Source of the DNA: Bacteroidota bacterium
Lineage (GTDB): Bacteria; Bacteroidota; Bacteroidia; UKL13-3
DNA length: 64,000 bases
Direction: 5' to 3'
Assembly: GCA_027491085.1 (NCBI GenBank)
Contig: JAIXWW010000021.1
Span: 66,732-130,731 of the forward strand
Shown here one piece after another: positions 56,089-64,000 of this stretch (position 1 is its first letter; the number at the start of each line of letters is the position of its first letter). The notes beneath the pieces were generated by a model. It searched no databases, had not been told where the DNA came from, and saw only the letters and a list, made by a program, of their open reading frames with translations. The position numbers were made by a program, and so were the translations under genes.

Positions 56089-57285
56089 TTATTTTTTGAG
56101 TAATTTGTAATTATAATAACCTTTGTTTGTCTTAATTACTATAAAGTACAAGCCAGAATTAAGTTCGGTTGTAATTGGTAAATTTAATGTTTCGTTCGTA
56201 TTGATATTTATATTATTCCATTGATGAATTTCTTTTCCGGTAATATCAGTTAAAGCAATAGCAGCCTTATCCAAATTTTGATTGGCTGTAATTAGTATTT
56301 CGTTTTCAAAAGGGTTGTTTATTTTAAACAGATTACTTTCATTCAACTCATTAATATTAGTAATTGTGCCAACCGTTTTGCGCACCAAAACCAAATTATC
56401 TAAAATCAAATTACTGCTCCATATAAAGTTTGCTTTGCTCCAAGCAGTGCTAGCAAAATTAGTATAGGCAGCCTGATTGGTAACTTGTGCAGCAGTATAT
56501 AAATATGCATTTGGCCAAGCAGCATCGTTAAAATTTTTACTATACCAATCAGAAGGCATATCGTAATGGATGCCATAACAATTGGCATTACAGGTAGGAG
56601 TGGTGGTAGCAGTTGAGGTGGAATGTGTTCCATCTGTAAGTTCTTTTACCGTATTTAAATCTTGAATAGGGGCAATGTAAAAAGTTTGTGCTTTCCATGT
56701 TGCATCTGTTATGGTGCCATCGCTAAATTGGGCAATAAAACCTCCATCACCAGGATGATACAAACTACTGGCACTTTGAATTTCAGAACCTAATCCTATA
56801 TTTTCTTCCCAATCAACCAATTTAACAGCTATGGTATATGGTTTTGACACTTTAAACTTTACTACCGATGAATTAAAAGGTGTAAAAGGAACTGCATCTA
56901 CTCCAACCAAAACGCCATTGATGTATAACTCAAAATAATTATCTGCAAAAATATAACCTGTAATTAATTCGCCTTGCTCGTCAATTACCGTGGTTGGAAC
57001 ATTGCTTAAATCGGCATTATTCAATGAGGTTGGTGTAATATTATTGCATGAATTATGCAAGTCGGAAAGTTTGGTAGCTGTTAAAAAATTATTTTCAGCA
57101 GGTACAATCCATGTCTTGTTATCTGTTGATTTGATTGTACCAATTGGTGTAACATGGTTGCTTGAACATGCAGGCATTAAATTGGCTGTGGTTGTTGTGC
57201 CAAGGCCTTGTGTTACCGAACCTGATGTTTGGCTAAAGCTTAATTGGCAAATAAACATGCCTACGATGAAGTAAATTATTTTCAT
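56089..57285 (-). CDS. Hypothetical secreted protein with T9SS C-terminal domain
   Basis: 398 aa with a signal peptide (CQLSFSQ). The C-terminus is INNPFENEILI...GLYFIVIKTNKGYYNYKLLKK. Confidence 0.7.
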   Translation of the reverse strand: MKIIYFIVGMFICQLSFSQTSGSVTQGLGTTTTANLMPACSSNHVTPIGTIKSTDNKTWIVPAENNFLTATKLSDLHNSCNNITPTSLNNADLSNVPTTVIDEQGELITGYIFADNYFELYINGVLVGVDAVPFTPFNSSVVKFKVSKPYTIAVKLVDWEENIGLGSEIQSASSLYHPGDGGFIAQFSDGTITDATWKAQTFYIAPIQDLNTVKELTDGTHSTSTATTTPTCNANCYGIHYDMPSDWYSKNFNDAAWPNAYLYTAAQVTNQAAYTNFASTAWSKANFIWSSNLILDNLVLVRKTVGTITNINELNESNLFKINNPFENEILITANQNLDKAAIALTDITGKEIHQWNNININTNETLNLPITTELNSGLYFIVIKTNKGYYNYKLLKK

Positions 57286-57297
57286 GGTTTGTAAAGT

Positions 57298-57897
57298 TTA
57301 TTTTTTTCTAAAGGCTATTTGACAGCCAATTGATTTGGTTTCTTTGGTTAATATTGGCTTTCCATTTAATAGTGCATTTACTGCATCTGCTACGTAAGTT
57401 TCTGTTACTTTATTTGACTCCATGCCATTATCGTCAATTGCTCCACTATACTTAACTACCCAACTATTGTTTTCCTTCCAAATTACAAAAGCGTGAGGTG
57501 TTTTTTGCGCTTTAAAATTTTTAGCAACAGTTTGCATTTCATCAAATAAATAAGGGAAATTGAATTGTTCCTCTTTTGCTTTTGTAACCATATTTGGGTA
57601 AGTATCTTCTTCGTACATCATGGTATCGGTAGAACTGATGGCAATTAATGGAACCCCCAAAGGTTTGAATTTGTTGTTTAATTCATTTAATCGAGGAGGG
57701 TATAATTTTGCAAATGGACAATGGTTACAAGTAAACACAATAATAAAACCTTTGGCATCTTTATAATTGGCTAATGAAACTTTATTGCCATCAACATTCA
57801 TTAATGAAAAGTCGTTAACTAGCTGTTTTTGGGGTGCAAATGCTGTATTAATAAAAACAAATGCGAAAATCAATAATATAAATTTTAAGCTTTTCAT
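57298..57897 (-). CDS. Thioredoxin-fold (redoxin/AhpC-TSA-like) protein
   Basis: 199 aa with a signal peptide and the CxxC motif FTCNHCPF. The start overlaps the upstream stop as ATGA at 57894-57897. Confidence 0.75.
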   Translation of the reverse strand: MKSLKFILLIFAFVFINTAFAPQKQLVNDFSLMNVDGNKVSLANYKDAKGFIIVFTCNHCPFAKLYPPRLNELNNKFKPLGVPLIAISSTDTMMYEEDTYPNMVTKAKEEQFNFPYLFDEMQTVAKNFKAQKTPHAFVIWKENNSWVVKYSGAIDDNGMESNKVTETYVADAVNALLNGKPILTKETKSIGCQIAFRKK

Positions 57898-58382
57898 CTA
57901 ATTAGTTTAATTAGTCTAATTAGTTTAATTAGTTTAATTAGTTTAGGGTATGTTAAACTGGTTACAATAAATTTTCTTTTCTTATTTTTCTTTACTATTA
58001 AAGTAGCTGGAATAGCGCCACTCCAATTATTATCTATTTCATTTATCCAAACATTTCCGTTGGGTTCGTCTAATAAGTAAATAGGAGGTAATTGGTATTT
58101 ATTTATGATAGGTTCAAGATTTTTTTTTGCATCGGTTTTAAAATCTACACTTACCAAAAGTATTTTCGTTTTACTGTTTTGTGAGCTATCTATCAATTGC
58201 AAAAAAGCAGGAATCTCCTTTAAACATGGTGCACACCACGAAGCAAAAAAGTTTACCACATAAGTAGTATCCGATTGATTAAAAACGCGCTGCTTCAGTT
58301 CATTGAATTTGATAACTTGGATATGTTGGGCACTGCAATTAATTGAAATAACTAATAATATACAGAAAATGTTGAATCGCAT
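57894..58382 (-). CDS. TlpA-like thiol:disulfide oxidoreductase with a repeat-encoded C-terminal tail
   Basis: 162 aa with a signal peptide and FFASWCAPCLKEIP. The last 17 aa or so (KLIKLIKLIRLIKLIR) are encoded by the 9-bp tandem repeat. Confidence 0.75.
   Translation of the reverse strand: MRFNIFCILLVISINCSAQHIQVIKFNELKQRVFNQSDTTYVVNFFASWCAPCLKEIPAFLQLIDSSQNSKTKILLVSVDFKTDAKKNLEPIINKYQLPPIYLLDEPNGNVWINEIDNNWSGAIPATLIVKKNKKRKFIVTSLTYPKLIKLIKLIRLIKLIR
57898..57945. repeat. 9-bp tandem repeat (attagttta), 5 units plus a partial one
   Basis: cta attagttta attagtcta attagttta attagttta attagttta. It is in-frame in the 3' end of the TlpA-like gene and abuts the next gene's ATG. Confidence 0.9.
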
Positions 58383-58396
58383 TGTTTTTATTAAAT

Positions 58397-58432
58397 AAAA
58401 ACCTCCATTATTCTTTTTAATGGAGGTTTTTT
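58397..58432. terminator. Rho-independent terminator (bidirectional form) after the YHYH gene
   Basis: aaaacctccatta-ttcttt-ttaatggaggtttttt. Confidence 0.8.
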
Positions 58433-58437
58433 AATAT

Positions 58438-59793
58438 CTATTTAGCTACTACAATTTTTTTGGTGACAACATTGCCATTGTCTATAATTTTTACCAAATA
58501 AGTGCCTTCATATAAAGTTCTGGTATCAAAATAGGTAATGGTGCTTCCTTGCAATATTTGTGATGTTTGCAATAATTTTCCTGTTAAATCGTACAACTCC
58601 AAAGTAATATTATTGGCAGTTAAATGGTTTAATTGAATAGCTACTACATCGCTGGTAGGGTTTGGATATACATTAATTTTATCTGCGTTAATCACACTTT
58701 TTATACTTGTGGTGCTTGGAGTGTAAGTTGTTACAGTTTCGGTAATGCTAGTTACTTTAGCCGCTGTTTTTACACCATAAAAAGTGGGTCCTACTACGTA
58801 TGGATAAGCTGAATTCCAATTTTCATCTACAGTAGCAAAGTAACAATAAATACCATTTGGATATTCTGGTGTTTTACAAAAGCGACCATTGTGTTCATCT
58901 AAATAATCTTGAGACGAAGCAGTAGGAACATTGTATTGATAATCCTCTCTAAAATAACCTAAAGGATAAGTAGTATTTACCGCAGGGCCAGCAGTTACTG
59001 TTGCTCCACCTGCATAAGTGGTTCTAGTAGTTATATCACGTAAGGTGTAACTTGATTTCATGCGAACAATATCTCCAGTTCCATCTGCATTTTTATAAGC
59101 ATAAGCACCATAAATTGGAAAACCATCGTAAGCAAACCCAATTAATGGCGAATGTTTGGTACTATCGATGGCGTATAATCCATCAGAGGCATATAATGTA
59201 CAAACTGTTGAAATTACTTTTAAGTCTAAACTAAAAGCACTTGGGTTTTGGTGGTGATGGTAATTACCCATGGCAGGATGTGCTTTAGCGCAATCAAAAC
59301 CTACACGCTCGGCCACAACTGCATCGCGATTCCATACATTATCGCCCACACCGCCCGAAGGCAAACCTTTAAGTGCTTGGCTTGCATTGCTCCATGATAC
59401 GCCATCTCTATAATCAAAAAGTGCAACTCCATTAATAAATAAACCAATATTTCCCCCAGTGGTAGCCGTTGGGGTACCTGTATTTTGAGTTGGATTTAAA
59501 GGAAATTTAAAAATGCCATTTTGCGCAGTAGCCAAGGATGGATTTCCATCTTGAAAAGGGCCAGTAATGTAAGTAGGAATACTATTGGTAGCCACATAAA
59601 CCGAGGTGGCAGAGTATTTTACACTCTGGCAGTTTGCCAATGCAGCATCAACTATTGGAGTTGAGTTTCCTTTTACATAATGCCTGCCAGTAACAGTATT
59701 GTTTTGAAGCCAATTTAAAATAATTGGATTGGTTTGTGCATTCAGCATCATACCCGCTAGCATGAAGCTAAATAAAGTGATGTGTTTTTTCAT
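58438..59793 (-). CDS. YHYH domain protein with T9SS C-terminal domain
   Basis: 451 aa with a signal peptide. Motifs are GNYHHHQNP and EHNGRFCKTPEYPNGIYCYF, and the C-terminus is VYPNPTSDVVAIQL...GTYLVKIIDNGNVVTKKIVVAK. Confidence 0.7.
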   Translation of the reverse strand: MKKHITLFSFMLAGMMLNAQTNPIILNWLQNNTVTGRHYVKGNSTPIVDAALANCQSVKYSATSVYVATNSIPTYITGPFQDGNPSLATAQNGIFKFPLNPTQNTGTPTATTGGNIGLFINGVALFDYRDGVSWSNASQALKGLPSGGVGDNVWNRDAVVAERVGFDCAKAHPAMGNYHHHQNPSAFSLDLKVISTVCTLYASDGLYAIDSTKHSPLIGFAYDGFPIYGAYAYKNADGTGDIVRMKSSYTLRDITTRTTYAGGATVTAGPAVNTTYPLGYFREDYQYNVPTASSQDYLDEHNGRFCKTPEYPNGIYCYFATVDENWNSAYPYVVGPTFYGVKTAAKVTSITETVTTYTPSTTSIKSVINADKINVYPNPTSDVVAIQLNHLTANNITLELYDLTGKLLQTSQILQGSTITYFDTRTLYEGTYLVKIIDNGNVVTKKIVVAK

Positions 59794-59810
59794 ATTTTTT
59801 AGTTGATAAT

Positions 59811-59893
59811 AGTGAGAAGTGAAATGTTAAATGTGAGATGTTAAATTGAAAATTGCAATTCAACAATCCAACAATTTGACAATCCAACAATTC
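59811..59893. repeat. Period-7/8 simple-sequence block
   Basis: gtgagaagtgaaatgttaaatgtgagatgttaaat...ttcaacaatccaacaatttgacaatccaacaattc, directly upstream of the YHYH gene start on the minus strand. Confidence 0.75.
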
Positions 59894-59895
59894 AT

Positions 59896-61611
59896 TTACT
59901 CCTTTATAAATTTTTTTACAGTAACTGCTTTGGTTTTATCATCGGTTAGCTGCACAAAATAGGTTCCTGCACTTAAACTCGAAATATCAATTCCATTGCC
60001 TAATTCTGGTCTAGGTAACATCAATACAGCTTTACCTACCAAGTTTAAAATGGAAATATAATAAACTTTGGTTTCATGGTTGTTAAATGAAATATAAAGT
60101 TTTTCGTTTGCAGGATTTGGATACAATGAAAAATCAGATTTATTAGTTGATTTAATGCCACTTGTTTTATCTGTAACAATAAATTGACCCATCATGCCTT
60201 CATCTTCGTGCAAAGCAATGTGACAATGGTACATAAAAGGGTGCAACGGATCGGCATAATTATCAAACTTGGCTATGAATTTAACCGTTGATTTGCTTGG
60301 CACAAAAACCACATCTTTAAAACCCGCTTGCGCAGCAACTGGGGCAACTCCATCAACCGATAAAATATTAAACTCCACATTATGGATATGGAATGGATGT
60401 CCAAAATTGGAGGTACTGGTAATTTGCCAAATTTCAGTATTGTTCAATGGTACATCATAGTTATTATAATTATAATCAAATAATTTATGGTTAATAACAA
60501 ATGCTGCACCTGTTACACCAACAATATTGGTATCGCTTATGGTTAAAGCTCGGGTAATGCTTGCATTTGCAGCCGGTATTGTTGAAACAGTTCTTAAAAA
60601 TGTAGGTATATTTAAAATAGGATTGCTTGTTTTAGCACCAACATTAATATGCAAAACATTAAAATCTTTACGTGCTAAATAGTTTACAAAAGGACCATTA
60701 GGAAAAAAATCTCCACCTGCTACATTCTGTGCTAATGTTGAATTGTATGCTTTCAAATCAATTGATTTACCCAAATCGTTTGAACAATCTACTAAAATTT
60801 CAATGCGTTCTCCCAAATGTAAAAGGTATTTTGTAACAGTAACTGGTGCCGTTAACAGTCCACCATCAGAAGCAATTACTTGAAACGACCTACCATCGCT
60901 AAATCCAAGATTGTAAGAACGCTCCAATCCACCATTTAAAATTCTAAATCTTACCACTTGTGCAGGTACTGTGTATTGTGCTCGCAAAGTCATGTTGGTC
61001 ATCATGCTATCGCCATAAGGTACTACCACAAATTGGTTAGAGGTGCTTATATCTCTATCAGAAAGCACCAACGGAATATCATCCACACCATAAGTTCTTG
61101 GCAAAGCTAGTTTAGATTCTACTTCGTCTCTAACAATCATAAAACCACCTAAACCTTTGGTCATTTGTTCTTCCGCCATTTCATGTAAATGCGGATGATA
61201 CCAATAAGTTCCTGCATCGTTTTTTACCTCCCAATAAGGTTGCCATAAAGTGCCGGGAGGAATAATTTGATGCGGACCTCCATCCATTACAGCTGGTAAA
61301 TGCATGCCATGCCAATGAACGGTAGTTGAATCGTTTAAATTATTTTTTACATTCATGTGAACCACATCACCTTTGTTAATAAACATGGTTGGTCCCCAAA
61401 ATTTTCCGTTGATACCTCCAGTAATGGTTTGATTTCCGGTATTTACTATTTGAGCAAATGTATCTTTTATATTTAAGTTAAAAGTAGTTCCTGAAAGGGT
61501 ATCAGGTATCCATAGGTTATTGTATGTTTGGCTATATAAATTGCTTGTTAAAAGCATTAAAAATGCAACAACACCTTTTTTAAATAGATTATTTGTGAAC
61601 ATGTTTCTCAT
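59896..61611 (-). CDS. Multicopper oxidase with T9SS C-terminal domain
   Basis: Copper-site motifs are TVHWHGMHLP, YWYHPHLH, HPFHIHNVEF and YHCHIALHEDEGMMGQF. The C-terminus is LYPNPANEKLYI...GTYFVQLTDDKTKAVTVKKFIKE. The start is uncertain: 61647, 61611 or 61602. Confidence 0.85.
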   Translation of the reverse strand: MRNMFTNNLFKKGVVAFLMLLTSNLYSQTYNNLWIPDTLSGTTFNLNIKDTFAQIVNTGNQTITGGINGKFWGPTMFINKGDVVHMNVKNNLNDSTTVHWHGMHLPAVMDGGPHQIIPPGTLWQPYWEVKNDAGTYWYHPHLHEMAEEQMTKGLGGFMIVRDEVESKLALPRTYGVDDIPLVLSDRDISTSNQFVVVPYGDSMMTNMTLRAQYTVPAQVVRFRILNGGLERSYNLGFSDGRSFQVIASDGGLLTAPVTVTKYLLHLGERIEILVDCSNDLGKSIDLKAYNSTLAQNVAGGDFFPNGPFVNYLARKDFNVLHINVGAKTSNPILNIPTFLRTVSTIPAANASITRALTISDTNIVGVTGAAFVINHKLFDYNYNNYDVPLNNTEIWQITSTSNFGHPFHIHNVEFNILSVDGVAPVAAQAGFKDVVFVPSKSTVKFIAKFDNYADPLHPFMYHCHIALHEDEGMMGQFIVTDKTSGIKSTNKSDFSLYPNPANEKLYISFNNHETKVYYISILNLVGKAVLMLPRPELGNGIDISSLSAGTYFVQLTDDKTKAVTVKKFIKE

Positions 61612-61848
61612 AAATTTATTTTTTTGTATAATACAAAATAGGTTCAATTAAAATAGAAAACTGTTACGGTATTTTTTAAATATTTTATAAAATTAATTAC
61701 AAATGTTATAAAATTATTTTTTGGCATTTAATTATTATTTGAAAAGTAACAATTAAATAAAACTATCAATAGCAATTGTATTTTTTATGTTTTAACCATT
61801 TTCCAATTTCTAAATAAAGTGAATTAGCTTGTTCAAATCTGATTTGAT

Positions 61849-62070
61849 TTAAAATGCAATTGAAATTTCTGCAATTTGTTTTTCTGTTGAGTCATTTAAA
61901 TAACTCGTCCCACCATACTTGTCGATAATAATAAACATAGTTTTTGTCTTTTGCATACCAACGCCTAGGTTTTGGCTAAAGCGTTTTAGTGTTTTTTTTA
62001 GCCACAGGCTTTTTAACTGACTCACTAGTTTGAAGCAAGAAATTGTTGCGCGTGTGGATAAAAATGACAT
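61849..62070 (-). CDS. Hypothetical small ORF (doubtful)
   Basis: 73 aa with no motif and an isolated position. It may be shorter, starting at MQKTKTMFIIIDKYGG. Confidence 0.2.
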   Translation of the reverse strand: MSFLSTRATISCFKLVSQLKSLWLKKTLKRFSQNLGVGMQKTKTMFIIIDKYGGTSYLNDSTEKQIAEISIAF

Positions 62071-62131
62071 TGTAATTTGTATAAGCTTTGATGTTTTTAT
62101 GGAATATAAAACCGTATAAAAAGTAAACTTT

Positions 62132-62647
62132 TTATTTTTTTTCTACAAGGTCGCTATAAGATTGATCCACCAATTGTAATTTATTTAAACCAAAATAATG
62201 GAAGTATTTGTCACATTGTTCTTTCAGTTGTTCTATTGTAAATTGTTCGTTACTGTCTATAGCTTCTACTTCTATAAAAGTTCCTAAACCATCCACTAAA
62301 TCGAAATGAAACTTTACGTTATCAATAAAATATATTTTACGTTTTTTATCTACAGTAATTTTCACACCAAGTTGTTTTGTTAAAATGTTTTTTAATGCAA
62401 TATTTGGTTCGTGTTGGTATAAAATGATATCAGATTGTTTCGAATCGTTTATGTTTTCTCTATCATAGTTAATGAGTGAGTTTTCAATATTGCCTTCTCT
62501 TAATTTTAGTCTGCCTTTAGTAACATTAAAGTAGGTATCTTTTTGGTGGTCTGTTCCTTTAAAAACGGGATTTAATTTTAAAAGTTTGTATTCGTAATCT
62601 TCTATATTATCAACTTTAGCTTTGAATTCGAAGTTTTTGATATTCAT
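62132..62647 (-). CDS. CYTH domain protein (class IV adenylate cyclase / triphosphate tunnel metalloenzyme-like)
   Basis: 171 aa. FEFKAKV at the N-terminus is the E-x-E-x-K-like motif. Also present are GRLKLRE, DKKRKIY and GTFIEVEA. Confidence 0.7.
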   Translation of the reverse strand: MNIKNFEFKAKVDNIEDYEYKLLKLNPVFKGTDHQKDTYFNVTKGRLKLREGNIENSLINYDRENINDSKQSDIILYQHEPNIALKNILTKQLGVKITVDKKRKIYFIDNVKFHFDLVDGLGTFIEVEAIDSNEQFTIEQLKEQCDKYFHYFGLNKLQLVDQSYSDLVEKK

Positions 62648-62934
62648 TTTTTCAGAATTAGGATTATTTGATTTTGACGATGTTTTATGCTACGATTCTT
62701 TTTAACATTAGCCTGAGAAAAAACTATTCACAAACTAGATGTAAAACAAGCGAATAAAAGCATAAAAAACAAAGCAAAATTGAACTTCTTAAAAGTTGAA
62801 AGGTAAGCGCAAATATAATATTGTCAGATTTGTCAAAGGTCGGTTGTCAAAAACTAATGGAATTTATAGAATCTCATAAAAACAAATTGTCCGAACTTTG
62901 ATTAGTTTTATTGTTTTGATTTACACGATGCTAA

Positions 62935-63163
62935 AAGCAATAGGTAATTAGCAATAGGCAATAAGCAATAAGCAATGGGCAATAAGCAAGTAACCAATTA
63001 AACAATCAACCATCTAGTAATTTAGCCATCCAACAATTCAACTATCCATCAATCCAACAATTAATCGGTTAACCAATTAAACAATCAACAATCCAACCAT
63101 TAATCAATTAAACAGTTAACCAATCTCCAAATCAATCAAACAACCAATCTCCAATTATCCAAT
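62935..63163. repeat. Long period-7/8 simple-sequence mosaic in a divergent intergenic region
   Basis: aagcaat aggtaat tagcaat aggcaat aagcaat aagcaat gggcaat aagcaag..., then ccaacaatt/caatcaac/taaccaat variants. Confidence 0.85.
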
Positions 63164-63192
63164 ATTGTAAATACTATTTTAACCCATTATAA

Positions 63193-64000
63193 TTGCACTG
63201 CTATCAATTCAAAAATCTGAAATACTATTTTACATATTTGCTTGTTTTGTTTTTAGGTATAACTAATGCCCAAAACCTCATTCCAAACCCCGGTTACGAG
63301 GAGCGGCAAAAAGATGGTACTCCAAAATATTGGACTCAACCCAAAGGCGATTTTTACCATTACGAACACCAAACGGTTGATACCAATGGAGTGGAAATTT
63401 CGAACTACCTACATGGACTTTGTACCATCATGCCATTGCCAAGCGAATACCTTTGTGTTAAACTTAAAAAGCCTGTGGTGGCTGGAAAAACTTATCATTT
63501 TAAAGTGAAAACTTATGTTAAAGATGAAAGTTGGAATAGAATAGAAAAGTTAGGTCATTTTGAATTGGCAGTATTGCCTTATTACGAAAAGGTAACGCCA
63601 GTGCGAATTAGAATAAAAGCTACACCTTTAGCCCAATTTGCCATTGATTCAAACCCAGAACGTGAGCGTCCGTTTTGGCAATACCATCATTTAACTTTTA
63701 CTGCAAATAGCAGTGGTGATTATTTGTATTTGGGAAGATTTCATACTGATTCTACCTACAGTTTATACGATAGTTTAGTAAGTATCAAGGAGCGAATGAT
63801 TAAGGAACGCGATGCACAAATTTTGCACCTACGCGATAGTTTTAGCAAATTAAAAGTTGATATTCCCGATTTAGGCGATAGTAAAAAAGCCATCAAAAAA
63901 CAAAAACAACTCATGTTTAACTTTGTGAATTCGGCTAAAAAAGAATTAAATTTAATGATATTGGAAGTTCAAAATAATACCAATAACCTGCTTGATTCTG
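63193..64000 (+). CDS. Hypothetical secreted protein; the 3' end runs off the right window edge. It is not in the ORF track.
   Basis: I read the frame by hand, and it is open from 63193 to 64000. It has a putative TTG start, a signal-like LKYYFTYLLVLFLGITNA, then QNLIPNPGYEERQKDGTPKYW... The tracked ORF 63266..63508 is in a different frame. Confidence 0.6.
   Translation, partial: MHCYQFKNLKYYFTYLLVLFLGITNAQNLIPNPGYEERQKDGTPKYWTQPKGDFYHYEHQTVDTNGVEISNYLHGLCTIMPLPSEYLCVKLKKPVVAGKTYHFKVKTYVKDESWNRIEKLGHFELAVLPYYEKVTPVRIRIKATPLAQFAIDSNPERERPFWQYHHLTFTANSSGDYLYLGRFHTDSTYSLYDSLVSIKERMIKERDAQILHLRDSFSKLKVDIPDLGDSKKAIKKQKQLMFNFVNSAKKELNLMILEVQNNTNNLLDS

Noticed and set aside
63266-63508. Tracked 80-aa ORF at the right end
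   Set aside because: It lies out of frame within a much longer open frame (63193 to the window end) that has a signal peptide and sensible composition. The 80-aa product is probably spurious.

Overview
The window looks like a low-GC chromosomal segment from a Bacteroidota genome, probably Flavobacteriia-like. This rests on many proteins ending in Por/T9SS-type C-terminal sorting domains, TTTG/TAnnTTTG-type promoter boxes, and the Bacteroidetes-style 755-aa aconitase, ParE and LruC genes. Most of it is housekeeping: recG, ruvB, dcd, rnr, topA, trmD, rplS, valS, ilvE, rdgB, yggS-like, acnA, parE and one tRNA-Ser(UGA). Four accessory regions stand out.

- **Restriction/defence islet (about 2.6-11.8 kb).** It has no integrase. 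It carries an MmeI-family type IIL RM enzyme translationally coupled to an Mrr-like nuclease. Next to them is an uncharacterised 875-aa protein with a TIR/nucleoside-deoxyribosyltransferase-like N-terminus and a P-loop-like core whose Walker A lysine is replaced. Junk repeats flank it on the left, and a 12-unit tandem array of about 21 bp on the right.
- **GxxExxY cassette (29.29-29.88 kb).** A roughly 595-bp unit encodes only a GxxExxY (PD-(D/E)xK) protein. It is bounded by about 28-bp terminal inverted repeats and a possible 8-bp direct duplication.
- **T9SS cargo island (47.7-61.6 kb).** It holds 7 T9SS-CTD proteins: two YHYH proteins, two paralogous metallophosphoesterases, a DUF1566 protein, a multicopper oxidase and one unknown. 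Two TlpA-like thioredoxins lie among them.
- **Small-gene array inside that island (54.2-56.0 kb).** Each gene follows a conserved 60-77-bp repeat. One is a frameshifted SMI1/KNR4 (SUKH) immunity-type gene, so this looks like an orphan immunity-gene array.

Intergenic regions throughout carry period-7/8 simple-sequence mosaics and short palindromic elements. Two simple-sequence patches sit in-frame inside valS. No CRISPR, rRNA, transposase or integrase was seen. All functional calls come from reading motifs in the translations by eye. No database search was run.
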